The notes below the pieces were generated by a model that saw nothing but the letters and a program-made list of their open reading frames with translations, was not told where the DNA came from and did no database searches. Source: the human T2T-CHM13v2.0 reference genome, Homo sapiens. Taken from it: a DNA stretch of 64,000 nt. The first letter of the stretch is position 1; every line of letters starts with the position of its first letter. The DNA lies in the NCBI RefSeq assembly GCF_009914755.1, contig NC_060926.1; one strand, written 5' to 3'. The position numbers and the translations under genes were made by a program. Positions 1 through 13,152 of this stretch are shown piece by piece.

Positions 1-159
1 ACTAAAATCAACCATATCTGTCAATGAAGAACCAATAAAGAACACGTTTTACATAGATGTGGCAAGGATTAACCAATAAATTAATATTCTTAAATATTGT
101 TACTCTATTGAGAACTGCATAAGAAAAGTGGACACAAGAAGGGAACTAACATATATTGT

Positions 160-320
160 GTTCTAAACACTATGCTAGGCAGTTTGCATACATTGTTTGC
201 ATTTCATTCCCATTTTCAGATGAAAACTGAGGCACAGCACATAAGTGATTGTGACTGTCCTTTCTTTGTTGCAGTGCGAGTATTAAGTTTCAAATTGTCA
301 GGTTTCAAAACTCAGGCTTT
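160..320 (-). mobile_element. MIR SINE fragment
   Basis: cccattttcagatgaaaactgaggcacag MIR core. Confidence 0.6.
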
Positions 321-3176
321 TTTCTACAACTTCATGTTGCTAGGGCTAGACGAGAATATTTTGGAAATATTGTTTTTATAATCTAGAAATATGCCTTCTC
401 ATCTAGAACACATAGGCTGGGTTTGAATTCAAATAATAAATCAAAATTCTCAGGCCAAATTTAAATTTCTGCGTTAAGAATCTTTCAAGCATTTTATCTC
501 TGAGCTCCGTTTTTATCACTTTGCCCTTCCAAAACCATTTCTGACTTTATGCGTAAGTCTTAGAGTGTTTTTTGGATACAAGAGCTACTTAATTTTCTGA
601 TTGTTTTACATTTTTTCATGGGTAAAGTTCTAATCAGACAACTATAAATGACAATAATCAGAGTAAAAAATTATATACATTTATGGATTGTCAACTGTTT
701 GCCCTTTGTATCTCAATAATTTTATTATTTTTTCCAAAGGACATTCCCTATTTCACCAGCTAGTTGATTTAAATAGTCATTTGAAATTATAATTAGAAAT
801 ATTTTAGAAAGAAAACCATTTGAGGGGGGAGTGTCCATCATTCTATGTTTATCTATACATGTGATATTTAGAAACACACTCATGGCTTAAAAGTTCCCAT
901 TTCTGTTAATTTGATAATTATATATTACCATTGATTTCCTCTTTAAAAATACAAAATTTTGTAATTCCAAAGGAAAATGTTTCAAAGATGTCTTTGGCAT
1001 TGAATGTTTCTTACTAAGTCATATTTTAATGGATTAAAATGTAAATGAACTTTAAAGTTACACTAAATCTCTCCCTGATTTAAATTATATTAGACATTAA
1101 AATTAACATGAAAATGGCTCCATAAACACTATTGTTTTAAATATTTTTACATTATTTTATATTTAATAATGAACCAAAAGTAACAGAAGTCACTGTGCAT
1201 AGTAATAGTCTTAAATACATAAAACGATTGAATAGTTACTTAAATTATGCACTGGTGATCTTCAATAAAATCACAAAGGAGTTGATAACCTACATTGTGA
1301 CCCCTGATGTATTTATTTTGCACAAGTGATAGTTAGGTTCTCGTAATTTTTAAGAGGCGCTTGAGCCAAGACACTAATTCTTGATTCACCTCTTTTCCCT
1401 GAGCACCATAGGACTGCATTTGAAGCATGATACAATTTTAATTACAAAGATTTATCATTACGACATGCAATTTCTAAGTACGTGAAATGACAGTGTAATG
1501 CACAGATGTGAAGTTCAGCCACACATTCACTATGTGAACAATGGTATCAATGACACAGGCTGCTTCCTTCCATTCTATATTTCTACCCATGCTTTATAAA
1601 AGATATATCTATAGGTATGTTAAGTACTGCTTCATTATCTTCTCCATCCTTTCCTTGCAAAACATACTGCCCAGTACTCTTTGAACAAGACTATGAAATT
1701 CATATCAAATTTGATAATCTATTGTAGATATTTGATGACTTTAGATTACAATTCGGTTACACATGAATTATGGCATCTATATTGTTTATTTTCTTCCCAC
1801 TGATCAATGAAAATGTATACCTAAACATATATAGATTGGCATATGTTTTCTTTAAATCTTTTTGTTACCTTCCTCTTTCTAGTATCTTGAATCAAATTAT
1901 ATTTTTGGAATAATATAGTTGAAAAAGGACTCGACTAACAGTAGGACAAGAAAAACCCTCATCTTAAGTAAATTATTTATTCTCTCTGGGACTCAGTTTC
2001 GAAATGAGAGAGGGGTTAGACGATCTTTAAATTCTCTCTTAATATCGCATCTACGATCCTCTTCAACTTTGCTTTTATAGAAGAATAGATTAAGAGATTT
2101 TTATTGCTCTTTATTTCCAAAATATGTGCTAAATTTAAGTGTAGTGTATTCTTTGATGTCTAAGTCTGAAATATACTTGTTTCAATAAATAAAATGTGAG
2201 CTCAAAATAAAACAACATAAAATGTGTTTATCTTAAGGCCATACACAAATTCTGGAAATAATTAGTTAGAGGGTTTCTAAACCTAAAAGGAATTACATGC
2301 GTTTCAATAATTTTAGAGTCTCCTCCATCTTTTTATCAAAAGTAACCCCGAATATGTTACTATTCTTCACAAAGGGAATTGAGTCTAATAATTATTAAAA
2401 CTAAAATATATATTTTATAAAACTCTGCTGTAAATATGTACAAAACCAAATGTAGTTTAGGGAGGCAAAAATCACTTACTGTAGCTATAGAAGAAAGGAA
2501 GTCATAAATATTTTATTTAAAATATATAGATCAACTTAGCCTGTCCATTTATACTTGGATATTTCAAAATGGTATATATTTATACCAGTTGCCAACTAGG
2601 GAGTAATTTTAGTTAGTATTCTGGTCCTTAAATAAAAAATTCAAAAAGTGGAGTGGCTATAATGTATGAATAAAATTAACTATAAAATCACCCTTCTAAT
2701 ATCTTCCTTTAATAAGATAAAATATGATTTTCATGAAATCAGTAATTAGAGTCATCTCATAGACTTGAGATCTTTTTCGAGCCTGCCATTTTTCTCATAT
2801 TGATTTTCCTTCCTTCCACCTCATCCACAAAAAATTCTCTAAAAAATAAATACTAGAGTAATAAGATTTATAGAAGACATCACCCCATGAGTAACAAAAT
2901 AAAACACGCTTCAAATATAACTAATTGTCTTTTTTTGTCTTCTAGTGTTAATAAAGAAAAGGCTATGAAGTCCGTGCCCAATTAGGGCATTTCAATCCAC
3001 TCTGTTATTATACTTTATTATTTTAGTTCCCTGTGTCTGTAGAAATAAGCTTAAGTAGCCTGATAGCATACTTTTCAATATAAGAAATAATTTAATCGAA
3101 TTATACAATCTGTATCTCTTTTAGAATCATTTCATTTCCTAAGTAAAAAATCTACACTAAGCAAAGTCTCATTCAG

Positions 3177-3178
<2 letters not shown>

Positions 3179-3207
<29 letters not shown>
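3179..3207 (+). repeat. Poly(A)29 mononucleotide tract
   Basis: Uninterrupted A run, seen directly. Confidence 0.95.
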
Positions 3208-3209
<2 letters not shown>

Positions 3210-3359
3210 GCCTTGAAGAGGTGACACCTGGACCACATGAATAATTTTATGCATCCCCTGCTCATTCACACATAGCAGAGGATGACAAAAGTTTAGTGTC
3301 ATGTGATCCCCTTTCTTCTCAGAATCCCTATAGCATTGTGATAAAAAGAAAATCAGCAG

Positions 3360-4160
3360 TTATACTACCTAGCTTCAAATCTGAACTCTATAAATTATTG
3401 TATGCCCTCCTTGTGGTATATTACTTAATATTTTTAAGTCCAGTTTACTTATCTTCAAAATAGAAAGAATCATAGTAACCTACAGTGATGGTTAACTTTA
3501 GATGTCACCTTGACTGGATTAAGAAATACCCGGAAACCTGGTAAAGCTTTATTTTAGAGCATGTCTATGAAGGTGTTTCAGAGGAGATGAGTTTGTGAGT
3601 CTGAGTAGAGTTAAGTAGGTAAGATATGCTCTCAATGCGGGTGGGCAACAGCCAATCTTCTGGGGACCAAGAGGAACAAAAACAGAGGAAAGGTGAATAC
3701 ATTCATCTGAAGCCAGTACACACTCTTTCTCTCTTGCGGGACACCAATTTCAGGCTCCCTGGTCTTTGGACTGCAGGACTTAGAACAGTGGCTCCCTGCA
3801 CCCTAAGGCCTTTGATCCCAGACTGAGAGGTACACCATTAGCTTCTCTGGTTCTGAGGCCTTCAAACTTGAAGGCCAGGTCACCAGCCTCCGAGGTGCTG
3901 AGCCAGGTCACCAGCATCCGAGGGTCTTCAGCTTATAGGCAGCCTGTTGTGGAACTTCTCAGCCTCCATAATTGCATCAACCAATTGTCCTAATGAATCC
4001 TTCTCAAATAGCTATTATCGTTATCTGTATCTATATCCTATTGGTTCTGTCTTTCTGGAGACCCCTAACTAATACACCTACTAATCGTGGTTATTGCAAG
4101 GATGAAGAGAGATCATATTTGCAAACCACTTCTACATAGTAAATACTTATTAATTATGGT
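3360..4160 (+). mobile_element. MIR split in two (about 3360-3483 and 4077-4160) by an MLT2 LTR
   Basis: MIR-like cagtttacttatcttcaaaatag...atagtaacctac resumes as ...ggttattgcaaggatgaagagag after the LTR. Confidence 0.6.
3484..4076 (+). mobile_element. MLT2-family (ERVL) solo LTR
   Basis: Starts (a)gtgatggttaactttagatgtcaccttgactgg, ends ctggagacccctaactaataca; perfect 5-bp TSD CCTAC (3479-3483 / 4077-4081). Confidence 0.88.
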
Positions 4161-5743
4161 TGTTATTATTGTTATTATTAACAATAGTATCTCTATCCTG
4201 GGCTGTACTATGCCATAAAGATACTTTGCTTTCTACATTTATTATCCTAAAAAGGCAAGTCATCAAAACCAAAGGCACAAAGCCTAAATGAATTCTAGTT
4301 ATATGAATAATTTTTTAAAACTAGTAGAATTTATTATTGTGTTCTTATTTGTATACCAGCAGATATATAATCCTACCCAGTATCATCCTATTCAACATTA
4401 AAGCAGAAAGTTCAGAGAATTCAGGGCACCATCAAAATCAAAATGACATACTTATTTACCAGAATATTTGCCAGAATATTCTGAGACCGCCACTTAAAAA
4501 AAAAAGACCAAATTAAAACTTGAAGTCCTTCTATTTCATAGTAAATTGAAAATCAAAAATACCCTTTTTATATCAGCTTTTTTCAACACTACTAATAATA
4601 TAAAATCAAACCTTTGATTTTCACCACAGAGAAAATGAAACTGAGTAAATTGAATGCTCTTAGAAGGAAGAAAAAAGTTATGGATCACCATTTTTCACTT
4701 TTTTCTTATAAATATTCTTCAAAATTGTTATAGTCATTATGATTCGATAACCTAAATAATTTTACATGGCTTACAATAAAATTATAGCTAGAAGATATGA
4801 AATATGTTATACAGACGGATCATAAAATATTAAGGAAGAGGGGAAAATAGTAAGAGAGCTAGAATAACTTGCACTTCTGGTAAAGAAGACAGATCCTCTT
4901 TCCATGCTGATGTATAATAACAATCTTCAGATCTATTTGACATATTATTAAGAGAACAAAGTTTAAGAAAAACTCCCAAAATAAGTATTTTTTCTGCCTT
5001 TGAACTATATTTCCATCTCTTTTCCCCGTAGAAGTGATAAATCAACTAGATCTCAAAAGAAAACAAAAACAATCATTAAAATTTCCTGGTTAGTAACATT
5101 TATTATGCCAAAAAGTGTTGGGCCATGCAAATTCTCATTTATCTATTTCCTGATAGATACAGATAAATGGAAAATTCTATTCATCATTTACAAAACATTG
5201 ACCATTTTTATTGTAACCTATTTTATATGCTTCCACAGTACACAGTTTCACCATTACAATAGCTATGTTATAATTCTAGAAAAGTAATAAGAGGTATATT
5301 GAACTTCTAGCCTATTTGAATGTACTGTATTGTATTAATTCTAAAACACATACAGTTTTGGATCTAATATCTTTAAAATCCTGGTTCCTTGTACAATCTT
5401 TTACATTTATGTTGGTGCTTTTACTTTTTCTCTTTTTAGAAAGTGTGGACTACAAACAAAAACAACAGTTTGTTTCCTACAATTGATGATGGCTTAAATT
5501 TGTTGAAATATGGCAGATAGCTATTTGAGAAAACATTTTATAAAAGGGTTTTTCGTGTTACCTTGTTATTAAATAAATGCTATAATTTTTTTAAAAAAAC
5601 TTTTAACATGAACTGGGGAGTCCTAAAGATAATCGGCAGTGTCTATTCTAGAAATAATTCTTAACAGATTTTTCAGAATAATAATAATTATCTTCTATTA
5701 ACACTTACTTCTTTCAGTGAAACCATTAAAGAAATAGACTTTT

Positions 5744-6123
5744 TCTATTAGTCCATTCTCACATTGCTGCGAAGATACCACCCAAGATTGGGTAATTTAT
5801 AAAGATAAGAGATTTAATTGACTCACAGTTCAGCATGGCTGGGGAGGCCTCATGAAACTCACAATCATGGGAGAAGGGGAAGCAAACACATCCTTCTTCA
5901 CAGGCCAGAAGGAAGGAGAATGAATGAGTGCCCAGAGAAGGGGGAAGCCCCTTATAAAACCATCAGATCTTGTGAGAACTAACTCACTATCATGAGAACA
6001 GGAAGGGGAAAACCAACCCCATGATTCAATTATCTCCACCTGGTCCCTCCTATAACACATGGGGATTACGGGAACTACAAATTCAAGATGAGATTTTGGT
6101 GGGAACACAGCCAAACCATATCT
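5744..6123 (-). mobile_element. THE1/MST-family (ERVL-MaLR) solo LTR
   Basis: tattagtccattctcacattgct...gggaacacagccaaaccatatc; 380 bp; TSD ctttt/ctttg. Confidence 0.9.
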
Positions 6124-6509
6124 CTTTGAGACCCATTTCTAATTTCAACAGATACTTATACTGTGGAAACTAAAGGTGAAAGTAAAAAATTTCATTTTTA
6201 AAGTGTCATTTATCTGACCAACAGAAAACCCAAGTCATAGCAGCTTAAAACATATTTAGAAGCAATGCATGCCATCCAGAACCCTGCTGACTCAAATATA
6301 AAATATGGTTAAGGCCCAAATCAAAAATGACACATTCTGTATTCTACAATTTGATGATATAAGCCTAATATGCTTTCAATAATTATAAAAATACACTGTG
6401 TCTATTTTTTTACCAAAATCAAACTTCTCCTCAAAAAATAATCACATTTATTTCCAGAACTGCATTTAATGTTCAATATGTACTTGATAATTTAACTTTT
6501 ATAATCATC

Positions 6510-6660
6510 TTACAACTGAGCATCCTTGTTATGTTCATTTGAAGATAAGGAAACTGAGGCTTAGAAAGTTGAATCATTTGCCTCAGAATAGAATTTGACT
6601 CAGGGAGCCCAGATTCTGAGCCTGTCTTGTGATTCTCCACGTTATTGTGCTTGTAAGTCC
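6510..6660 (-). mobile_element. MIR fragment
   Basis: agataaggaaactgaggcttagaaagttgaatcatttgcc. Confidence 0.65.
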
Positions 6661-6703
6661 TTGCCTGCTGGATTGGATTTAGTAAAAGTCTGGTCCCTTT
6701 AGT

Positions 6704-6913
6704 GCTGCACTGTCCAATATGATTGCCATTAGCCAAATATGGCTGTTTAAATTAAAATTAATTAAAATTAGATAAAAATAAAAATTCGTATCTTCATTCA
6801 CAGCAGTCTTGTTCAGAGGGCTCATTGGCCACATCTGGCTACTGGCTCCTCTGTTGTGTGGCACATATTGAATATTGCTATCATCCCAATAAAGTTCTAT
6901 TGGACAGTGCAGC
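6704..6913. mobile_element. MER3-like non-autonomous hAT-Charlie DNA transposon
   Basis: Perfect 16-bp terminal inverted repeats gctgcactgtccaata / tattggacagtgcagc; 210 bp; internal tagccaaatatggc motif. Confidence 0.85.
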
Positions 6914-7931
6914 TTTTGAGAAGAATAGACATGCTTGACTATAAAAATAATAATAATAATTGGCTTCACATGGCAGACGGAGGGTAAATATTTGTCAGAA
7001 ATATAGTATTTACTGAGAGAAGACAAGCATGTAGAGATAATTTAGAATAGCTCATATCTCAGCACAATGACTTGAATGTACAAGTAGAACAAAACAAAGC
7101 TAATAAATATTTGAATTGACATTACTTTCCAAAAGAATCCTAAACTTTTACCAGTAAAATTAAGTCTATTAATAAATGTTTGTGCATTACAGATAAGAGT
7201 TTAGCAAGCAAGCTTGATTTTTAAAAAGCCATAGCTGAATGACAGTGGCTATAGGATGAGTAATAGATTTTTAAAAAATCAAATTCAGTATTTACAATAT
7301 TGTTGTATTGCACGTTTGCTTGTATTTTATTGTCAACTTACCATTCATGATATATTCAAGTATTATATAATGATCAAAACAAATTCTTTCTAAAATACAG
7401 CCTTAAGACCTATTGCTCAAGTTTGGATTGTTTACTTTTTTCAGCCAATTTAATGGTTCACTGACAATAGTTTTGCCTGAAGAAATTGTCTTAAACAATT
7501 TTTGGGAGTGACATATGAAGAACGGGTAAATAGATCTAGATTCCAGCACAAGGTTCACCTGATTAGCCACAAGACCTTAGGCCTGGTTTCCTTAGATGTA
7601 AAATTATAATAAAGATATCTGCCAGGTCAGCATTACAGGGCTGTGTCTGAAACAGATTTTTTTTTTTTTGAAAGGAACTGAAAGCAGTTTGCAAGGTGCA
7701 AACTTCCATAACATATGGGATATTACAATTATCATGCCTTTGGTAAACGCTGGAAGAGAACAACATGTAGCCTCATTTCTGAACTCTGACTGAGGGTGTT
7801 AGGTTCTGCCAAGCTTGAGGCTGCCTCCTCTAACTAAACTTGATGATGTATTTACATATTCTAAAAAATTACTATAGACATCTGTCAAAAATAGCATGCA
7901 CTCTTCATTCCCTCTAAAATATAGATTTGGT

Positions 7932-8340
<409 letters not shown>

Positions 8341-10189
8341 TCAGAAAGTGCAACAATCCAGTGATTCTAGCCCCAGCATTGTTGTGCCTCCCTTGGTAAC
8401 TGGGAATGGATGCAGAGAATTTTTCAATACTTTGCAGTTCAGGGTCTGAAAGCCAGATGAAGCTAATGTCCTGGGGTAAGGGTGGAGAGGTGGGTATTGA
8501 TATATTTACTGTTTTCCTCAGAGCAAAACGATGGAGCCATTGTTGTATTAAAACTAATCAATTTCTAGTACTACATTTGGGACTCTGAGGAGCAAAAATG
8601 TTCCTCTTTTTCTAAACACCAAAGCAAACAAGCATGCTTCCTCAATAGATGAGCTTTAAGCAAGGGGGTTTGTCTCCCTTATACATTTTTTTCCTTAGGA
8701 TATATAAGCTTCCTCTCTTAGGGAAGGGAGAAGACAGATTTTACTGTATCTTAAGAAAAAGTAAGAATGATCACAAAGGTTTAAGGTTCCAAGTAGGGAA
8801 GTTTCCTGAGAAATTCCATAATGCTAGGCTTCCCCTAATATTTTCTAAAGGATGCTCTAGGGATTAAATAGAATGTTCTTCAAAGAGTGAGGCATCTTTA
8901 AGATTCCTGAAGGGGTCATAAATTAAGGGAGCTGAATTATATGCCCTGAGCAGATCATCTTGCCAGTCATGACTGAAAACATGTGAGCAGAGGAGAAAGG
9001 ATGATTCTATTCCCTGAACGCCCAACCCCACCACTTATTTTGGCTTATTTCTCCTCAGATTTCTCTCCTTATTATCTCTGATTCTTGGTATAGCAGGAGG
9101 AGAAATTCTCATTTCCCCTTCATACAGTTCTATAAATCCACTCATCAGTTCTCTAACGAATCAGTTGTCTGAGAATAAGTCCCAGCAAAATTTGCTGAAA
9201 TGGCCATTATAATCTCTGATCCCTTAATTATAACATTTCCTCTTTTCGAATATATGTTTCTATCGACTGGTATTAATACATTATTGGAGTTCTCCTTTTT
9301 CTAGTCAATACACAGTCTGACATGACAAGCAAACAATACTCTTTAAAACACTGATGAGAGTATCATTTCCAGAAATTGTGGACCTGATCTAAAAATGGAC
9401 TCTTCCGAAGAATGTGCCACTCTTTTCACTGATTCTCTCTGACTCACTTAAGCTTCACTATAGATTAGTTTTGATCTAATCATTTTCCAAGTAATTTACC
9501 CTTAAGCTAAGAGTACTCTTAGATTTTTTTTTTTTTTTGGCGGCAAATATCACAATATGCTGAATAGATCTTCTAATGTAAATGTTTGTAGTACTTTTGT
9601 TAAACATTCTGTTTAACAACAATCCCTGAACTAGCCTGGTTGAACCCACTCAAATATTACCAAGACCTTTCACAGGGTAGTTGAAGAATGCTTAGCAACT
9701 CTTGTGTAAGAAAAAGAACTCAGAATGAATATGTCTCTTGTGTAGGTCAAGACAAATGTCAGGGCCAATAAAGGATGAAACATGATGATGGAGATTTGAA
9801 ATGAAGGGCTGGGGCAACAGGTGCTTGGCATGAAACACTGAAAGACAGGAGAGAAGTGCTGTGAGGTAGCAAAGACAGCACTCTTCCTGAGAGTAGACAA
9901 AGGCCAGCCTCAGGCTTCTCATCACCAGAGAAACAGATCTTAAGCACAAAGTAGTTAGAAGACACACTGAAATTTGGAACACTTTTTTTTTTTTTTTTTT
10001 TTGTCTAAACAGGTCACACCCAAAGCCCCAAGGAAACAACAGGAATCTATCCGAATACGCAGAAACAAATACAATAGTTTTCTCAATGTGGTAAAACAAA
10101 GGAAAACTATAAACAAAACAGATACAAGGAAAGAACACTAAGATTTCTAAACACCCCCAATGTGAAAGATGCTTTAATTGACAAGTTCC

Positions 10190-10330
10190 CTGCTTTCTTT
10201 CTTTAATGCTCATTACAACACTATGAGGCAGAATTTTCTTCACAGTTTTCAAGATAAAGAATCTGAGTCTCAGAGAGACACCCAGACTGTAGGTGGTAGG
10301 CCAGGTCTTTGCACAGAGATTTTTTCTGAT
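10190..10330 (-). mobile_element. MIR fragment
   Basis: tttaatgctcattacaacactatgaggcag...aatctgagtctcagaga. Confidence 0.55.
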
Positions 10331-10514
10331 TTCACAATTTCATATCACTCTATGACATATATTGAGTCAATGACAGGTGACTTGTCCTTTTCGATATTAG
10401 GTTATTTATTTGACCATAACTGAATAATGCCAAAGAGGCTTGAGAGACTTAAATGTGAAAAGGTACTACATTACTTGGATGTACTACTTAAATTAATAAC
10501 TTATGCATATTTGA

Positions 10515-10784
<270 letters not shown>

Positions 10785-11245
10785 TTCTATTCTATTTTTC
10801 ATCTACCAGAATCCAGCAAACTTCATATATTATTTTCATTACTATTGAGGGCTTCTAGGTATAACTTCGGTATTCTACTTTTTGTTTTAAATTTTTGTTT
10901 GTCCATACCTCAGATAATAATCAAATCAAGATGATCCAGTACACAGTTAACAAAACAATTACAATGTCCGTAAAATATCAAATAAAGACTAAAACATATG
11001 AATATGTTGGTCTGAAAATATATAGCGTATTCAGCTAATTTTTGGAAAACACCAGTTGTATTTCTGTATCATCCCAAATATCGCCTTCTCTAAAGATATT
11101 CTCATAATTTATAAAGTGAAAATTCAAATATCTAAGGTGAAATGTAGTGTGATAAATATAGGTATATGTGTATTAAATTCGTACCTAAGTTATCATTGCA
11201 TATCAAGATGAAACCACATTTATCTATTTTATATGGATATACATA

Positions 11246-11362
11246 AAATAGATATGAACTTAAGCATTTATCTTTCCATTTAAGATATAAACAAAATAGA
11301 TAAGAACTTAAGTATTTATCTTCCCATTTGGGATATAAATAGATATAAACTTAAGTATTTAT
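11246..11362. repeat. Degenerate tandem repeat, about 2.5 copies of a 43-48 bp unit
   Basis: aaatagata(tg/ag/ta)aacttaag(c/t)atttat recurs at 11246, 11294 and 11337. Confidence 0.85.
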
Positions 11363-12320
11363 GAAAGATTCCTTTATATCTACAATATAATATATAGATT
11401 AAATTGTATCACATTACCAACCATTAGTAACAGATGAGGTGATTTTATAAATTATAGAAGGGAGAAAATAATAGTGGGTTTTATGGCCCATATAATTCCT
11501 TTTAGGGTTTGGCCAGACTAGTGACTAAACAAGTAGAAGCTTATAGAATTAATTAAGATTGTATATATACTATTAAATGTCGATTTGAATAGGAATGTTT
11601 GGTTAAAAAAGAGGTGATTAAAAAAAGTCAGCAGGACATCCTCATCAAGGGTGATTAATAAGAACCACAGCCATGTGCAAGTGACCTTAACGGAAGACAT
11701 GATGTCCCCTGTCCAGCTATGGACTTCTCTGATGCAGTAGGGACCTTCCCAATGGCCTCAAGATAGAGATGATTATATGACTGAAGGGATGCACTGATGG
11801 AAGTATAACCTCTCCACTGGCAAGAAGAAAGTAAGGCAGTGTTAACAGGACCCCTAGAGCATGCCAGTGTAAGTTCCTCACTCCTTTATAGATTGTGTGG
11901 CCTATTTTTAGTCTAGGCACCTGCCTCTTTCCCCCTCTACTTATCATCTACCCTGTGCATAATGAGAAATGTGAGAAGCAGCAGTAAAACAAGTTTTTCT
12001 ATTTGGCCAGAAAAATAGGTTTAAATCCATTTATTGTCTCAGTCACAACCAACATGAAAGTATGTAAATAAGATCTGCAGTAATTTTTTAGGCCATGCAG
12101 CAACTTTTGGTGAACATTAAGCTAGTTAGTAATAATTTTTAATGTGCGAATTAATCTGTATATGTCTAAGTGACATCCAACCATTAGCTAGTGTATAATG
12201 ACAGTCTTCATGTTAACTAATATCTCTTTTACACAAAGTTTGCAGAAAGCTAATGTGCTGTTCTGAACACACACTATTCTAATATCAAACAGTGAAAAAG
12301 ATTTAAGTAGAAACGCAAAC

Positions 12321-12465
12321 CATATATATATATATACACATGGTTACACTATATATATATATATATACATGGTTACACTATATATATATACACACTATAT
12401 ATGTACACTATACATATACACTATATATATACACTATATATATATATACTATATATATATATATA

Positions 12466-12499
<34 letters not shown>

Positions 12500-12516
12500 T
12501 ATATATACACACACAC
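12321..12516. repeat. About 200-bp interrupted (TA)n microsatellite
   Basis: Long TA runs punctuated by cact/tagt and two catggttacact copies. Confidence 0.95.
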
Positions 12517-12994
12517 AAAAAAAGAACACTTAAAGTCTTCATCTCAAAACTCTTGGTTACAACACTCTGTACACTTCCCATCCCCATAATTGTTACTGGT
12601 TATTTACCCTGTCGAAAGTACTTAAAAATAAAATTTTGCTTAAGAAGAAAATTCATCATGAATTATTATTGTCTTTTTAATGGTTTATCATTATACAAAG
12701 TTGATGTTTGGCAAAATGATTATAGAAAAACTTTATTCCCAGCATCTTCCTTATCTTTAAGTCATTTTATACCCAAGTTTCTATCCAGGATCCCAGTGTA
12801 TTATTTTCATTTTCACCCGAACATGCAGTGTATTTCTTGTCATGAAAGCAAAACCTTATCTGTTCCTTTCCCATCCCTTCCTTTCTCTCTGCAAGATGAC
12901 AGATGAATAAAAATTATTTGCAGCAAATAAGTGTGAAGAATTCAACTGGATATTGTGCTACCATTTCTTGGTAACATACCATTAATTAGAGTAG

Positions 12995-13152
12995 ATCTTC
13001 TCAAATTGTAGTAATCATCAACATCACTAGAGGGATACTTAACACACAAGTTGCTGGGCCCCACCCCCAGAGTTTCTCATTCAGTAGGTTTCAGGTGAGG
13101 CCCAAGGATTTGCATTTCTAAGTTCCTGGATGATGCTCATGGTGATGGTCCA
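12995..13152. mobile_element. MER5A hAT-Charlie DNA transposon relic
   Basis: gttgctgggccccacccccagagtttctcattcagtagg...ggcccaaggatttgcatttctaag. Confidence 0.85.

Noticed and set aside
3179-3207. Orphan poly(A) as a processed pseudogene tail
   Set aside because: No properly placed poly(A) signal, TSD or recognisable retrocopy body upstream.
9692-10252. 186-aa minus-strand ORF with overlapping ORFs
   Set aside because: Crosses MIR/L2-like sequence and a poly(T) tract (KKKKKK); no domain or exon signals recognised.
11246-11362. CRISPR-like repeat-spacer array
   Set aside because: Eukaryotic intron, intervening segments are homologous to each other, no cas genes.
12340-12906. Longest ORF (188 aa)
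   Set aside because: The N-terminal YI/YT run is translated (TA)n microsatellite; the rest has no recognisable protein character.
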